The position numbers and the translations under genes are program-made. A DNA stretch of 64,000 bases from an uncultured delta proteobacterium (lineage in GTDB: Bacteria; Desulfobacterota; Desulfobacteria; Desulfobacterales; SG8-13): the NCBI GenBank assembly GCA_963848135.1, contig CAWKCK010000017.1:1086538-1150537 (forward strand), read 5' to 3'. The notes below the pieces were generated by a model. The model had not been told where the DNA came from, did no database searches, and saw only the letters and a program-made list of their open reading frames with translations. This document shows, in pieces, positions 40,449 to 50,263 of the stretch (position 1 is its first letter; the number at the start of each line of letters is the position of its first letter).

Positions 40449-42470
40449 TCAGGAGAAGACCATGGCCATATACCCGAGAATCAGTACGAGGCACGAAGTC
40501 AGGGCGTAGGGCACCGGATAGGCCACCGCGCAAATGGCGCTCTGGCTGATATCCTGAACACCGTTCAGCGTCGGTGTACTGTTGCGACCACCGGAACAGG
40601 CTCCGGCCAGGATGATCGGGTTCATCTTGCGGAAGTAAAGGCCGTAGAGCCAGGCCAGGAAAGGAGGTACCAGGGCCCCAAGAAGACCGAGTACCGAAAT
40701 CCAGATTACCACAGTACCCTGGAATGACGACATGATCTTCGGACCGACACCTGCTGCCAGTACTGCAACGAACATGCTCAGGCCGATGTCGTTGAGGAAG
40801 GCTCGAGCTCCCTCGCTGGTCGGACCGCCGAAATTCGGGTAGCGGGTGCGCAGAAACGACACGAAGATTCCCATCAGCATGCATCCGGCGGAGGTTCCCA
40901 GCGCAAACGGGATGCCGCCGATCTTCACGCTGGCATGGCCGACGATAAACCCGAACAGCAGCGCCACCGCCATGAAGGCCACCTCGGTATAGGCGCTTTC
41001 AACGATCGGCACACTCTTGAGTGCCTTGGCCGCCTGATTCACGCACCAGGTCGGCCCCGCCAGGCGCAGCACATCACCCTTCTCCACCACCGTCTTGGGC
41101 ATGTGGGGAATCGCGGTGCCGGCGCGGAACATCGACTTGAGATGCACCCCGAAACCGATCTCCCTGCCGAGTTCTTCGAGGGTCTTACCGGCGTACTCGG
41201 ACTTGCCCACATAGATGTCGGCGACCTCGATGTCGAACATCCTGGCCTTGGGCTCATCGATTTCCGTGCCCACCGCCTTGGTGCCTCTGATCAGGTCCCC
41301 GTAGCGCCCCATGATCCCGATGACATCGCCCATCTGCAATTTGGGATTGTCCTTCGATTCGATGACCTGATCGCCCCGCACCACTTTCAGAATGGCGGCG
41401 TACGGGTACTTATGGAACAGGTCCTGGACCGACTGCCCCACCAGCTCTTTGTCCTCCACCTTGTAGGAGCGGATCTGCTTGCCGGTAAAGCCCAGGATCG
41501 ACGCGCCAGCCGTGCCGGGCAGGGCACCGCCGTCCTCACCACTTTCGAAGGAGGCCTCGGCCTCCTTCGCCGATTTCACCGGGTCGTAGCCGAACATCGA
41601 AGGCAGGTATTTGACAAACAGGATGGTGAAGATCGACGAGAGCACGTAGCTGATGGCGTAGCCCGCGGCCATGTTGGCGCCAACCATGTCCGCGGTCAGA
41701 CCGGCGGGCATTTTGAAAGCCCCGCTGCTGACCGCCGAACCGGCGACCCCCATCACCGCGGTGACCGTGTAGCTTCCCGAGATGATCCCCGCCGCGTAGC
41801 CCGGTGCGAGGCCCAACAGCTTCGCGCCGAAGAACACAATCAGGACATTCGCGAAGCAGACGATCAGGCCGATTATGACGAAATCGAATCCGCCGCGAGC
41901 CAGGCCGGAGAAAAACTGCGGCCCGACCCGCATGCCGAGGGCGTACATGAACATCATCAGGAAGATGTCTTCCACCAGGCCCGGGATTGCGTAAGTGATC
42001 CCGAAGACCGCGCTGGAGGTCAGGGCGATGGCGATGCCAACCACCAGGGTTCCGGCCGTTGTACCAAGGCTGATGCTGGCGACCTTGACACGGCCGAGCG
42101 GATAACCTATGGCCAGGGCGAGAAACAAATAGGCGAAAGGGTTCTTGGCCAGGTAGTTGAGGAGGAAGCCAAAGATGCCGTGGGGCTTTTTCTCCGTCTG
42201 GGCCTTCGCGCTTTCGGCGCTCGAACTTTTGGCCCCCTTCTGATCGGTATCGGCGGCATGTGTGTCCTTGGCCGCGAGCATAATGGTGGTGTTACCCCCC
42301 TGCGTGTCCTTGCCGGAATGCATCATTGGATTCTGGTCGGTTCCTTTGGCCTGGGCGCTGCCGACCGCCAGAACAATCATAATCGTCAGGATGGCGATGG
42401 CACCGATCCTCATCACCGATCGCACCCTTGCATGGGGGTTCCTTCTATGGATGAGTAGTTTTTTAAGCAT
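40449..42470 (-). CDS. AspT/YidE/YbjL family antiporter (candidate glutamate:GABA exchanger) with ~100-aa N-terminal extension
   Basis: FMYALGMRVGPQFF, TrkA-C-like domains, AYPVPYAL; directly downstream of gad. Confidence 0.85.
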   Translation of the reverse strand: MLKKLLIHRRNPHARVRSVMRIGAIAILTIMIVLAVGSAQAKGTDQNPMMHSGKDTQGGNTTIMLAAKDTHAADTDQKGAKSSSAESAKAQTEKKPHGIFGFLLNYLAKNPFAYLFLALAIGYPLGRVKVASISLGTTAGTLVVGIAIALTSSAVFGITYAIPGLVEDIFLMMFMYALGMRVGPQFFSGLARGGFDFVIIGLIVCFANVLIVFFGAKLLGLAPGYAAGIISGSYTVTAVMGVAGSAVSSGAFKMPAGLTADMVGANMAAGYAISYVLSSIFTILFVKYLPSMFGYDPVKSAKEAEASFESGEDGGALPGTAGASILGFTGKQIRSYKVEDKELVGQSVQDLFHKYPYAAILKVVRGDQVIESKDNPKLQMGDVIGIMGRYGDLIRGTKAVGTEIDEPKARMFDIEVADIYVGKSEYAGKTLEELGREIGFGVHLKSMFRAGTAIPHMPKTVVEKGDVLRLAGPTWCVNQAAKALKSVPIVESAYTEVAFMAVALLFGFIVGHASVKIGGIPFALGTSAGCMLMGIFVSFLRTRYPNFGGPTSEGARAFLNDIGLSMFVAVLAAGVGPKIMSSFQGTVVIWISVLGLLGALVPPFLAWLYGLYFRKMNPIILAGACSGGRNSTPTLNGVQDISQSAICAVAYPVPYALTSCLVLILGYMAMVFS

Positions 42471-42591
42471 GAGTATCTTGTCCTTTTCTCATTGGAAGAC
42501 CCGGCCCGAATCGGCTGATCAGCGAGCCGGGGCCTCCCGTATCAATTTCCAATTGGTCATTACGTCAGCTCTGCTTGCAGCTGACGACATT

Positions 42592-43950
42592 TCAACACTT
42601 GGCGACGGAGGTCTTCGCGTGCGCGTGCAGCTTCGGAGGCGTCGCATTGCCGCCGTGAATCTCAAGAAAGTCGCAGGCACTTTCGATATCGCCTGCGAGA
42701 AGCTCGGCAACATTTCGGTTGAGGTGCGGCCGAACCACGATCCTGAGGCTGTTGACCTCCTGGGCATCGGGCGGCATCGAATAGGCAGCCAGAATCCAGC
42801 CTCGTTCGCGGACTTTATTCGAGATGTCGAACTCGTTGTACTTCTTCACGGATTTGTCCAACGTAAGCGCAACTACCGGGATACGCTGGGTTTCATTCAT
42901 GATCTGGAATTTTCCGGATTTGGTGAGGCGGTCGCGCAAATACTCGGCGTGCTCCAACGTGTGTTTCATGATGCGCGTGTAGCCCTCGCGGCCCAACCGC
43001 AGGAAGTTGTAATACTGGACAAGAACCGTCGCCGAGCTCTTGCTGAAGTTCAGGGTCGCGGTCGGCGCCTCGCCGCCGAGGTAGTTCACGTAGAACACCA
43101 GGTTTTCATTGAACACCTTGCGGTCCCTGAATACGATCCAGCCTAAACCGGGCGGGACAAGACCGTATTTGTGCCCTGAGGCGTTGATCGACTGTACCCG
43201 CGGCAGCCGGAAATCCCACTTGTAGTCAGGATATAGAAATGGATTCACGAAACCACCTGAAGCCCCATCGATATGCATCGGAATGGATATGCCGGTCTTT
43301 TTTTCGTATGCATCGAGCCAATCGTGGATATCCTGGATGTTGTCGTCCTCACCGGTAAAGGTTTGGCCGGCGATGGCAACCACACAGATGGTGTTCTCAT
43401 CAACGTACTTGTCGAGATGTTCAGCGGTCAGCCGGTAATTGCCGGGCTTTAAGGGAACGAGGCGCGGTTCGACGTCGAAATAGCGCATGAATTTCTTCCA
43501 GACGACCTGGACGTTGCCTCCGGTCACCATGTTTGGTTTGCTGGCATCCTTACCGGCTTTATCCCGGGCCTCCTTCCAATTCCATTTATGCGCCAACCCA
43601 CCCAGCATGCACGCTTCGGACGATCCAATTGTGGCCGAGCCATAGGGTTCACTATCTTTTGGCCCGTTCCAGAGATCGTGCAGCCATTTGACGCACTTAA
43701 ACTCCGTGTCCTTGGTATGTGGATACATATCCGGATCGGCAAAATTTCGAAATGAACCTGCCGCAAAGATCTCGCGGGCTTCAGCCTCCGCAAAAGTGGT
43801 CACGAAGGAAGAGAGGTTGAGCATCGGATTCGCGTCGGTCCAGCACTCGCTGTTTACTATGGCTGCCGCCGCACGGGCCGTCATTACCTTCTCGGGAAAT
43901 TTCTCGGGAATCGGCAAGTTGAACTCATCATAGGGCGTCGATGTTGTCAT
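42592..43950 (-). CDS. gad: Glutamate decarboxylase (PLP-dependent)
   Basis: NLSSFVTT, TIGSSEA, HIDGASGG, SINASGHKYG, YYNFLRLGREGY. Confidence 0.92.
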   Translation of the reverse strand: MTTSTPYDEFNLPIPEKFPEKVMTARAAAAIVNSECWTDANPMLNLSSFVTTFAEAEAREIFAAGSFRNFADPDMYPHTKDTEFKCVKWLHDLWNGPKDSEPYGSATIGSSEACMLGGLAHKWNWKEARDKAGKDASKPNMVTGGNVQVVWKKFMRYFDVEPRLVPLKPGNYRLTAEHLDKYVDENTICVVAIAGQTFTGEDDNIQDIHDWLDAYEKKTGISIPMHIDGASGGFVNPFLYPDYKWDFRLPRVQSINASGHKYGLVPPGLGWIVFRDRKVFNENLVFYVNYLGGEAPTATLNFSKSSATVLVQYYNFLRLGREGYTRIMKHTLEHAEYLRDRLTKSGKFQIMNETQRIPVVALTLDKSVKKYNEFDISNKVRERGWILAAYSMPPDAQEVNSLRIVVRPHLNRNVAELLAGDIESACDFLEIHGGNATPPKLHAHAKTSVAKC

Positions 43951-44206
43951 TTTGATTTCTCCTTTGTTTAGATTGTTAATGAATGGTTTTGTTTGTCCAT
44001 GAATTAAAATTCCCTCAATAGGGACCGCCAATAGACAAACCTGGTCCTTCGGCAAAAAACCGCGTTAAACCCGGTGCAGGGACCAACGTGGCCTGATTTC
44101 AAAATCGTATTCCACTCCTGCAGTCGGGCAAATGCCCCGCCGCACGTTAATGGCGGACTATTCAAGCTTCACCTTCGGTACCTGTATATGGCCGTCTGGT
44201 GGGCGG

Positions 44207-44243
44207 TGTCATCACCCGAAAGTTGTAAAAAAAGTTGTATTTT
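44207..44243 (-). promoter_or_regulatory. 37-bp motif copy 3 (between the regulator and gad)
   Basis: AAAATACAACTTTTTTTACAACTTTCGGGTGATGACA, then 18 bp, then TATACA. Confidence 0.75.
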
Positions 44244-44305
44244 TGAAGCGGGATCAGATTTCGGAAAGGTGGGTTTGGGGAAAGTGGGGGATAGAAAGCC
44301 GGATA

Positions 44306-47050
44306 TTACAGAATCCCAATGGATTTGGCACTGATAACCGCCTGGTGGCGATTTTTTACATCCAACTTGCGGTAGATGGTGGAAAGGTGTCTTTTGACGG
44401 TCTCGGGTGAGATGAACAGGCTTCCAGCGATGTCATTGTTCCTCACTCCTTTAGCCAGCATCCTCAACACCTCGATTTCACGGTTTGTCAGCGGTTCAAT
44501 CAGAGGCTTGTCTGGTAAAGATGCGCCTGGTTTGTTTCGATCATCCGCGCGACGGCTAAAAAATTCGGTCTTCCCGCCCCCGAGGGCCTCGAGGATTATC
44601 TCGGCATATCGTAGCGAGGGATTTTTCTTTACGAGACGGCCAAAGAGATCCGCCATTTCCGGTCCCTGGTCCAGGAAGGGACGAATGAACCCGCCCGGTT
44701 CGGCCAGGGCCAGCGCCGCCATCAACTTTTCGAGGGCTTGCGACTCGTCGTCCTGCGCAACGTGGAGCAAGGCCTGCAAAACGAGAACATCGATCAGCAC
44801 GCGGGTGCTGTGGATCGACGCATAATAGTCATACATCTGGGAAAGCAGTCTACCTGCTTCGCTCAGGCTTTTCGAGGTTCGCTCCGCCAGGAGCACCCTG
44901 GGCAGGGTTATTTGGGGGGTATAAAAACGGTATGCCGGTGCCAGTGGTATGGGAGGCGTATGCCGTGCCCAAAGATCAGCTTCGGCAACATGCCCCTGAC
45001 GCAGCGCCAGATCGGCCTGAAACACCTGGCAGAGTTCCAGCAGATCTGTATTGCCGGTTTCCAGCATGTAACCGATCACTGATTCGATTATCCGGCTGGC
45101 CTTTTTGGCACGGCCCATCGCCTGGTATGTCAAAGACAGGGCAAACGAACTTTGACAGTACGTTACGACAGTCGGGATGACCAGTTCGCCGTCTCCCGGG
45201 TCTCCGACGACCGGTGCCAAAAATCCCTCGGCCAGATCCAGGTCGTTGCGCTGATAATGGAGGATACCGTTAAAAAAGCGGCCGACAACGATGGATTCCG
45301 GCAGGTCATGCTTCTGACCGTGTCTCAGCAATTGGCCTGCCGTCTGTTTCAGGTTGTTCAAGTCGGCGGCAATCCAACTCGTATAACATAGACCGGCCAG
45401 CAACTCGGTCTTATATACGCTGATCGATGCCGCTTCCTGCTGCAGGGCTTCCAACACCACACGCCCGGCTTGCCCCGGGTCTCCCTGCATTTGAAGCGCT
45501 ACTGACAGAATCCTAAGTGCCATGCCACGGGCGCTGAGATAATGGGCAGGAAGGCGGTTCAAGGCCTCCCGGGCCGCGGTTTCGGATAGATCGCCCCGGC
45601 CGGTTGCGTAATACTGAAAGCTTTTTAAGGCCTGTACTTCCCCCCAAAGGATACTGTCGTCAATGGATCTTTTATTGCTGATGGATACGGTCTGTTCGAG
45701 GACATTCACAATATCAAACAGCTCGGAATAACGGGCCTGTCGCTGGACCACCCATGCCCTTGCCAACAACAAATCGGGATGTTCCTGAATAAAGTCGGGC
45801 GGGAATCGTTGCAGCCAGCGGTTCAACTGGTACCATTGCTGTCGGTTCATCATATCGTGCCGATGGTGTTTTACCAACCGCGCGGCGGCCTCTTTATCCC
45901 CGATCTGATGGGCATGCGACAGGGCCTCTTCGATATAGCCATTTTCGGCGAACCAGGTACTGGCCAGTTTATGGAGCCTATCGATGTCTTCCGCTTTGAG
46001 CCGTTCTTTAAGCTGGCGTTTCAGCAGCGCCTGAAACAGATGGTGATAGCGAAACCATTCTTGGCCATCATCCAGGGGGATGACAAACAGGTTGGCGTTT
46101 TCCAACAGTTCCAAAAATTCGCGGCCATCCAGACCGCTTCCACCTGACTCCGCATCTGAATGACTAACCGCATCACAAAGGGGCGCGCAAAAGCGGTTTA
46201 GAACCGAGATTTTCAACAGATATTCCTGCACGGCCGGCGGATGGTGGGAGAGGATCTCGGTGACGACATAATCCATGACATAACGGTTTTCCACCGGCAG
46301 ACCGGTCAAAATACCCTTTATGTCTTTGCGATGATTCAATGACAGGGCGGCTAACCGCAGACCGGTCACCCAGCCTTCGGTTTTTTCCTCCAGCATGGCG
46401 GCGGCAGCGGTGTCAATTGGCGCCCCTGTCATTTGTTGTAAAAAAGTGACAGTTTCATCCAGTGAAAAGCGCAGATCCTGAGTTCGTATCTCGACCATTT
46501 GCCCCTTGGCCCGCAGAGCGGTCAGCGGCAGCGGTGGATCGCGTCGGCCAATCAGAACGAGGTGCATGAAGGCCGAAGGATGCTCCAGGAGTTTAGTAAC
46601 CAACCCGTGAACGCTTTTGTCCCGGATAAGGTGATAGTCGTCTATCACCAGGATAAACGCTTTTTCAATCTCATCCAGTTCGTTGATCAGACTTCTGGCC
46701 AATACGGATACCGGAGGCAAATGGGCCCCATTGAGCATGGGCAGGGTGGCACCGCAGGCGGTGGGAAAGATGCGTTGGATCGCAGAGACAAAATAGGAGA
46801 GGAAGAGCCCGAGATCGTTGTCATCCTCGTCCAGGGACACCCATGCGCTGGGGACATCGCTGGCCTCCAGCCAGCTGCTCACCAGGGTGCTCTTGCCGTA
46901 ACCGGCCGGCGCCGAGACCAAAGCCAGCGGTCGATGCTGGCGCTGGTTAAGCCGGTCCATTAAATGTTGGCGGCGCAGATGGTCCCTGGCAACCGGTGGT
47001 CGGTGCAGTTTGGTACGGATGATAAGTTCGGTGTCTATTTTGCCTGTCAT
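44306..47050 (-). CDS. MalT-family STAND ATPase/TPR/LuxR-HTH transcriptional regulator
   Basis: TKLHRP, APAGYGKST, LVIDDYH, TEGWVTGL, FRYHHLF, LTNREIEVL...TVKRHL. Confidence 0.93.
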   Translation of the reverse strand: MTGKIDTELIIRTKLHRPPVARDHLRRQHLMDRLNQRQHRPLALVSAPAGYGKSTLVSSWLEASDVPSAWVSLDEDDNDLGLFLSYFVSAIQRIFPTACGATLPMLNGAHLPPVSVLARSLINELDEIEKAFILVIDDYHLIRDKSVHGLVTKLLEHPSAFMHLVLIGRRDPPLPLTALRAKGQMVEIRTQDLRFSLDETVTFLQQMTGAPIDTAAAAMLEEKTEGWVTGLRLAALSLNHRKDIKGILTGLPVENRYVMDYVVTEILSHHPPAVQEYLLKISVLNRFCAPLCDAVSHSDAESGGSGLDGREFLELLENANLFVIPLDDGQEWFRYHHLFQALLKRQLKERLKAEDIDRLHKLASTWFAENGYIEEALSHAHQIGDKEAAARLVKHHRHDMMNRQQWYQLNRWLQRFPPDFIQEHPDLLLARAWVVQRQARYSELFDIVNVLEQTVSISNKRSIDDSILWGEVQALKSFQYYATGRGDLSETAAREALNRLPAHYLSARGMALRILSVALQMQGDPGQAGRVVLEALQQEAASISVYKTELLAGLCYTSWIAADLNNLKQTAGQLLRHGQKHDLPESIVVGRFFNGILHYQRNDLDLAEGFLAPVVGDPGDGELVIPTVVTYCQSSFALSLTYQAMGRAKKASRIIESVIGYMLETGNTDLLELCQVFQADLALRQGHVAEADLWARHTPPIPLAPAYRFYTPQITLPRVLLAERTSKSLSEAGRLLSQMYDYYASIHSTRVLIDVLVLQALLHVAQDDESQALEKLMAALALAEPGGFIRPFLDQGPEMADLFGRLVKKNPSLRYAEIILEALGGGKTEFFSRRADDRNKPGASLPDKPLIEPLTNREIEVLRMLAKGVRNNDIAGSLFISPETVKRHLSTIYRKLDVKNRHQAVISAKSIGIL

Positions 47051-47503
47051 GGCGCTTATTCAGTCTATCATAAACCTGAACGGGTATTGTTATGTCGCTT
47101 TTTAAAAAATAAATTCCGAAATACGCAAGGATGGCATAAGTGGTTGGTGCAAAGAACGATCGCATAACGACATGTTATTTTGACACCCGCTATACATATT
47201 CTATCCTCCAGCATTTATCAACAGATTGAGTGTTGGGTTTCTTTGCGATTCAAAAAGACAAACCAGTCCTTGGGGTTTCGGTCATGTTCTTGGGATTGAA
47301 GCTGCCGTTGCGCCCTCGTGGGGCCTGAATATCTGATTGGCTGGCGAGGTATAGGATGAGTCCCCTTCCAGACGTCGATTCAGGACTTTGGCCCAACACC
47401 TGATCGATCCTGGATAAAACGCGCTGTCCGACTTGGTCATCGCCAATAGAATTGTGGCACCCTATGGCAGACATCTTTCGCTGGATTGGTTCACATGCTG
47501 TGA

Positions 47504-48277
47504 TCAGAATTTGAATTTGACCCCGACGAACGGGCCTCTGACATTTAAGTCGTCAACCACGTCACCGCTGTCAAAGTTCCAGTCCAAGTAACGATAGGCC
47601 AGAATCAGATCGACCAACTTGAACCGGTAGCCAACACCACCAAAGACCTGCCAGGACACATTCGAATCTCCGATGCCGATGTCAGCATAATAGGGCAAAT
47701 ACCAGTTCTTGCTGAGGTTTACGTACCCCCTGAGTCCGACAATGCCATCCCATATCGAATCTGAAATGGTTAACCGTTTGTTGATGGGGGAAAGGGGGTA
47801 ATTGAAATCGATCTTCGTGTCAGATTTGAGATACAAATAACGGGCACCGGCCAGAACATCAAAAAGGACCCTTTCTGTCTGGATAAGATTGTAACCGATA
47901 GACGGCGTGACAATCCAAGACGTTATTCCCTCAGAACCCTTTGCACTGATAATGCCGATATTCTCATCGGGTATGTATAAGTTTTTGCTGCCTTTAATAT
48001 CCAGGTAGATTGCATCCAGCATAAACGACCACTTACCCTTGCGTGCACCAAACACGCCCATGAAGGTCATCTCGAGGTCAGTTAAAATATCGCCAAAATC
48101 GATTTCAAGTTCATTGCCGGAGGCCGAATCGACGTCAATCGTGGCGGCCCATAGGTAAATCTCGGCTGCAAATTCCCATTTGTCAGTTTGAGTTGTTTCC
48201 TCAGCTGACACGGTTCCATTCAAGCCAATGGCAACAAATAAAATCAACGTTAGTAACAGGTATTTTCTTCTCACCAT
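47504..48277 (-). CDS. Outer-membrane beta-barrel protein
   Basis: Signal peptide, alternating beta pattern, terminal GVKFKF. Confidence 0.8.
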   Translation of the reverse strand: MVRRKYLLLTLILFVAIGLNGTVSAEETTQTDKWEFAAEIYLWAATIDVDSASGNELEIDFGDILTDLEMTFMGVFGARKGKWSFMLDAIYLDIKGSKNLYIPDENIGIISAKGSEGITSWIVTPSIGYNLIQTERVLFDVLAGARYLYLKSDTKIDFNYPLSPINKRLTISDSIWDGIVGLRGYVNLSKNWYLPYYADIGIGDSNVSWQVFGGVGYRFKLVDLILAYRYLDWNFDSGDVVDDLNVRGPFVGVKFKF

Positions 48278-48471
48278 TTCAATTCCTCCTCTTTGTCAAA
48301 GGATGGATACTGTGCCTTGCTGTTATGTTTCAGTGAAAAAGCTCGACCATTTGATAGGCATTCATCTATGCCGCCGTGGAAGACCCCATGGATTTCATCA
48401 AAAGGGTTTTGGTTGTCGCGGAATTGCACGGTCAATCTCCTTTTGAGTCCCCAAAAGTTAGCATTAACCGC

Positions 48472-49902
48472 TTACCTCAAGTCATTTAAAAGCCGTTGGA
48501 ACTCAGGCGAATCATTCATAACTCGATGAGCGACTTCAGTCAGTTTATCCACCTGCTCCGGCTTCAACTTAAACGATGTCGGTAATCTCTTAAAATACAT
48601 CTGCTCCTTTTGATCTTTCAAATTGCCAAACTTCACCTCAACGACATAAAACTGTATATTCCCGCAGGAACCCGGTACGGTCGAGACTCCTCGTCCCGTG
48701 CACCTTTGCGTCTTTATCTCGTCGGCCCACAATCCGACATTTTCCTTCAGGAGAGCGATTGTTTCTTCATTGTACCGTTCGATGGCGATCGTGGAGTATG
48801 AGGATAACATCGCACCAAACGGTGGATTTCTTGCACTCTTGCTCCACTTGGTATCGGGCGCAGTCTCGGCATTCACAATGATAAAGACAATTTTGTTGAC
48901 ATTTTCTATTGGCGTCCCTTTGATATATTCCCAAACGCTGCCCCTGGCAATAACCCTATCCAGAAGGGCTCTCAGTCCAAGATTATCAGCAACTCCTCCA
49001 TCCACCAGATGAATGTAAGGATTCTTTTGAGAGTCAAGCAAGGGGGCAATATTATTTGCAAGATAAAACTGCCGCTCCGAAACGCTACGGTCTTTTAAAA
49101 TCTTTTCAAATTTTTCGGGAATTTTATAGCCGCAAGTCCCCGCATAATTTCGCAAGGTGATGGGGCTTAAAAGCATGGGAACGGCTGAGGAGGCGGTTGC
49201 AGCTCTTGCCACAGTGAAAGGGGACAGGTCTGAGCATATCGCATCAAATAACTCCTGGGTAAACCCTATCCGGGTCCCATAGGTCATCTCTGTCGCATTC
49301 ATGAGGATCTTCGGCCCATTTCGGGCGTTGATGTCGCCAATGGTACCCCCTTCAAATATATACTTATCATAGTATTCCGTAGCGAGATCGCTGCGATCGA
49401 AGTAGGGTGAGCTGAGTCGGACCCAGTTAATGGGATTAAAGAATATTCGTGCGGCAAGTGCCCCCTGAATATTCTTTTTCAGAAATTTGCCTTCAAAATC
49501 GGAAAAGATTCGATCGCCAAAGAGGCCGTAGTAACCTGCCGTAAAGCTTCCACCGGATACACTCGAAATCCCATCGATTTCATACAGGAGACGCCGTTTT
49601 TCTCCATCAATGGTTACCTCTGTCTCCCGAAGTTTTTCCAGAACTCCGTAAGATAGTGCAGCGGCTCGCGTCCCTCCCCCCGAAAAGGAAAGTTCCAACA
49701 GCACATTCTCCGAATTTCCAGGAATTCCCATGGACATTCCCTTGTATCCACTCTGGGTATCTACATTTTTCAAGGGCTGGTTTGTTGGGTAGTGAGCACA
49801 TCCTGCGGCATAAAAAAGGGTCACCAACAAAAACAAACAAAGATGAAAGATTCTTCTATAATGTAGGTACATGGTCGTCCTTTCGGGCTCGAAGCTGTTC
49901 AT
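48472..49902 (-). CDS. Patatin-like phospholipase lipoprotein (second subfamily)
   Basis: AGC lipobox, SGGGTRAAA, SVSGGS, DGGVADN. Confidence 0.88.
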   Translation of the reverse strand: MNSFEPERTTMYLHYRRIFHLCLFLLVTLFYAAGCAHYPTNQPLKNVDTQSGYKGMSMGIPGNSENVLLELSFSGGGTRAAALSYGVLEKLRETEVTIDGEKRRLLYEIDGISSVSGGSFTAGYYGLFGDRIFSDFEGKFLKKNIQGALAARIFFNPINWVRLSSPYFDRSDLATEYYDKYIFEGGTIGDINARNGPKILMNATEMTYGTRIGFTQELFDAICSDLSPFTVARAATASSAVPMLLSPITLRNYAGTCGYKIPEKFEKILKDRSVSERQFYLANNIAPLLDSQKNPYIHLVDGGVADNLGLRALLDRVIARGSVWEYIKGTPIENVNKIVFIIVNAETAPDTKWSKSARNPPFGAMLSSYSTIAIERYNEETIALLKENVGLWADEIKTQRCTGRGVSTVPGSCGNIQFYVVEVKFGNLKDQKEQMYFKRLPTSFKLKPEQVDKLTEVAHRVMNDSPEFQRLLNDLR

Positions 49903-50099
49903 GATTTTATTGATCTTCCCGTCTCGCTGCCGGATATCTGCAATAGTCTTTGCAAGCCGATCCGCATTCTGATCGGCAGCGCGGACATTGCTGGGAGCGA
50001 ACTGAAATCGCGTTGCATGGGCACTTATATTTATGAAATTCCCATGGGCAGAATGCCTTATTTTTATTGTTTATTTTCATACTTCGAAAATATAAAACG

Positions 50100-50240
50100 C
50101 TCAACTTGGGTTTAACTAACTTTTCGCCCCGTTTTACCAATTGGATGGCGGTGGGTTGTGAAATGCCAAGTCTTTTGGAAAGCGCCAAGGTGCTGATACC
50201 AGTTTGCCGAGCGGCTATATCAATTAATATATCAATACCA
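50100..50240 (-). mobile_element. C-terminal HTH remnant, probably from a RAYT/Y1-type transposase; copy 1
   Basis: GISTLALSKRLGISQPTAIQLVKRGEK; homologous to 53232-53388. Confidence 0.45.
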
Positions 50241-50263
50241 CTATCTTCGAGGTCGTATAGAGT

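Noticed and set aside
40935..42458. 507-aa plus-strand ORF (also 12386-13354, 26758-27924, 30906-32084, 36140-37006)
   Set aside because: Antisense shadows of well-supported GC-rich minus-strand genes; no motifs of their own.
47250..47474. 74-aa ORF upstream of the regulator (also 49907-50188 and short ORFs at 7554-7996)
   Set aside because: No recognisable family; probably remnants or chance ORFs.
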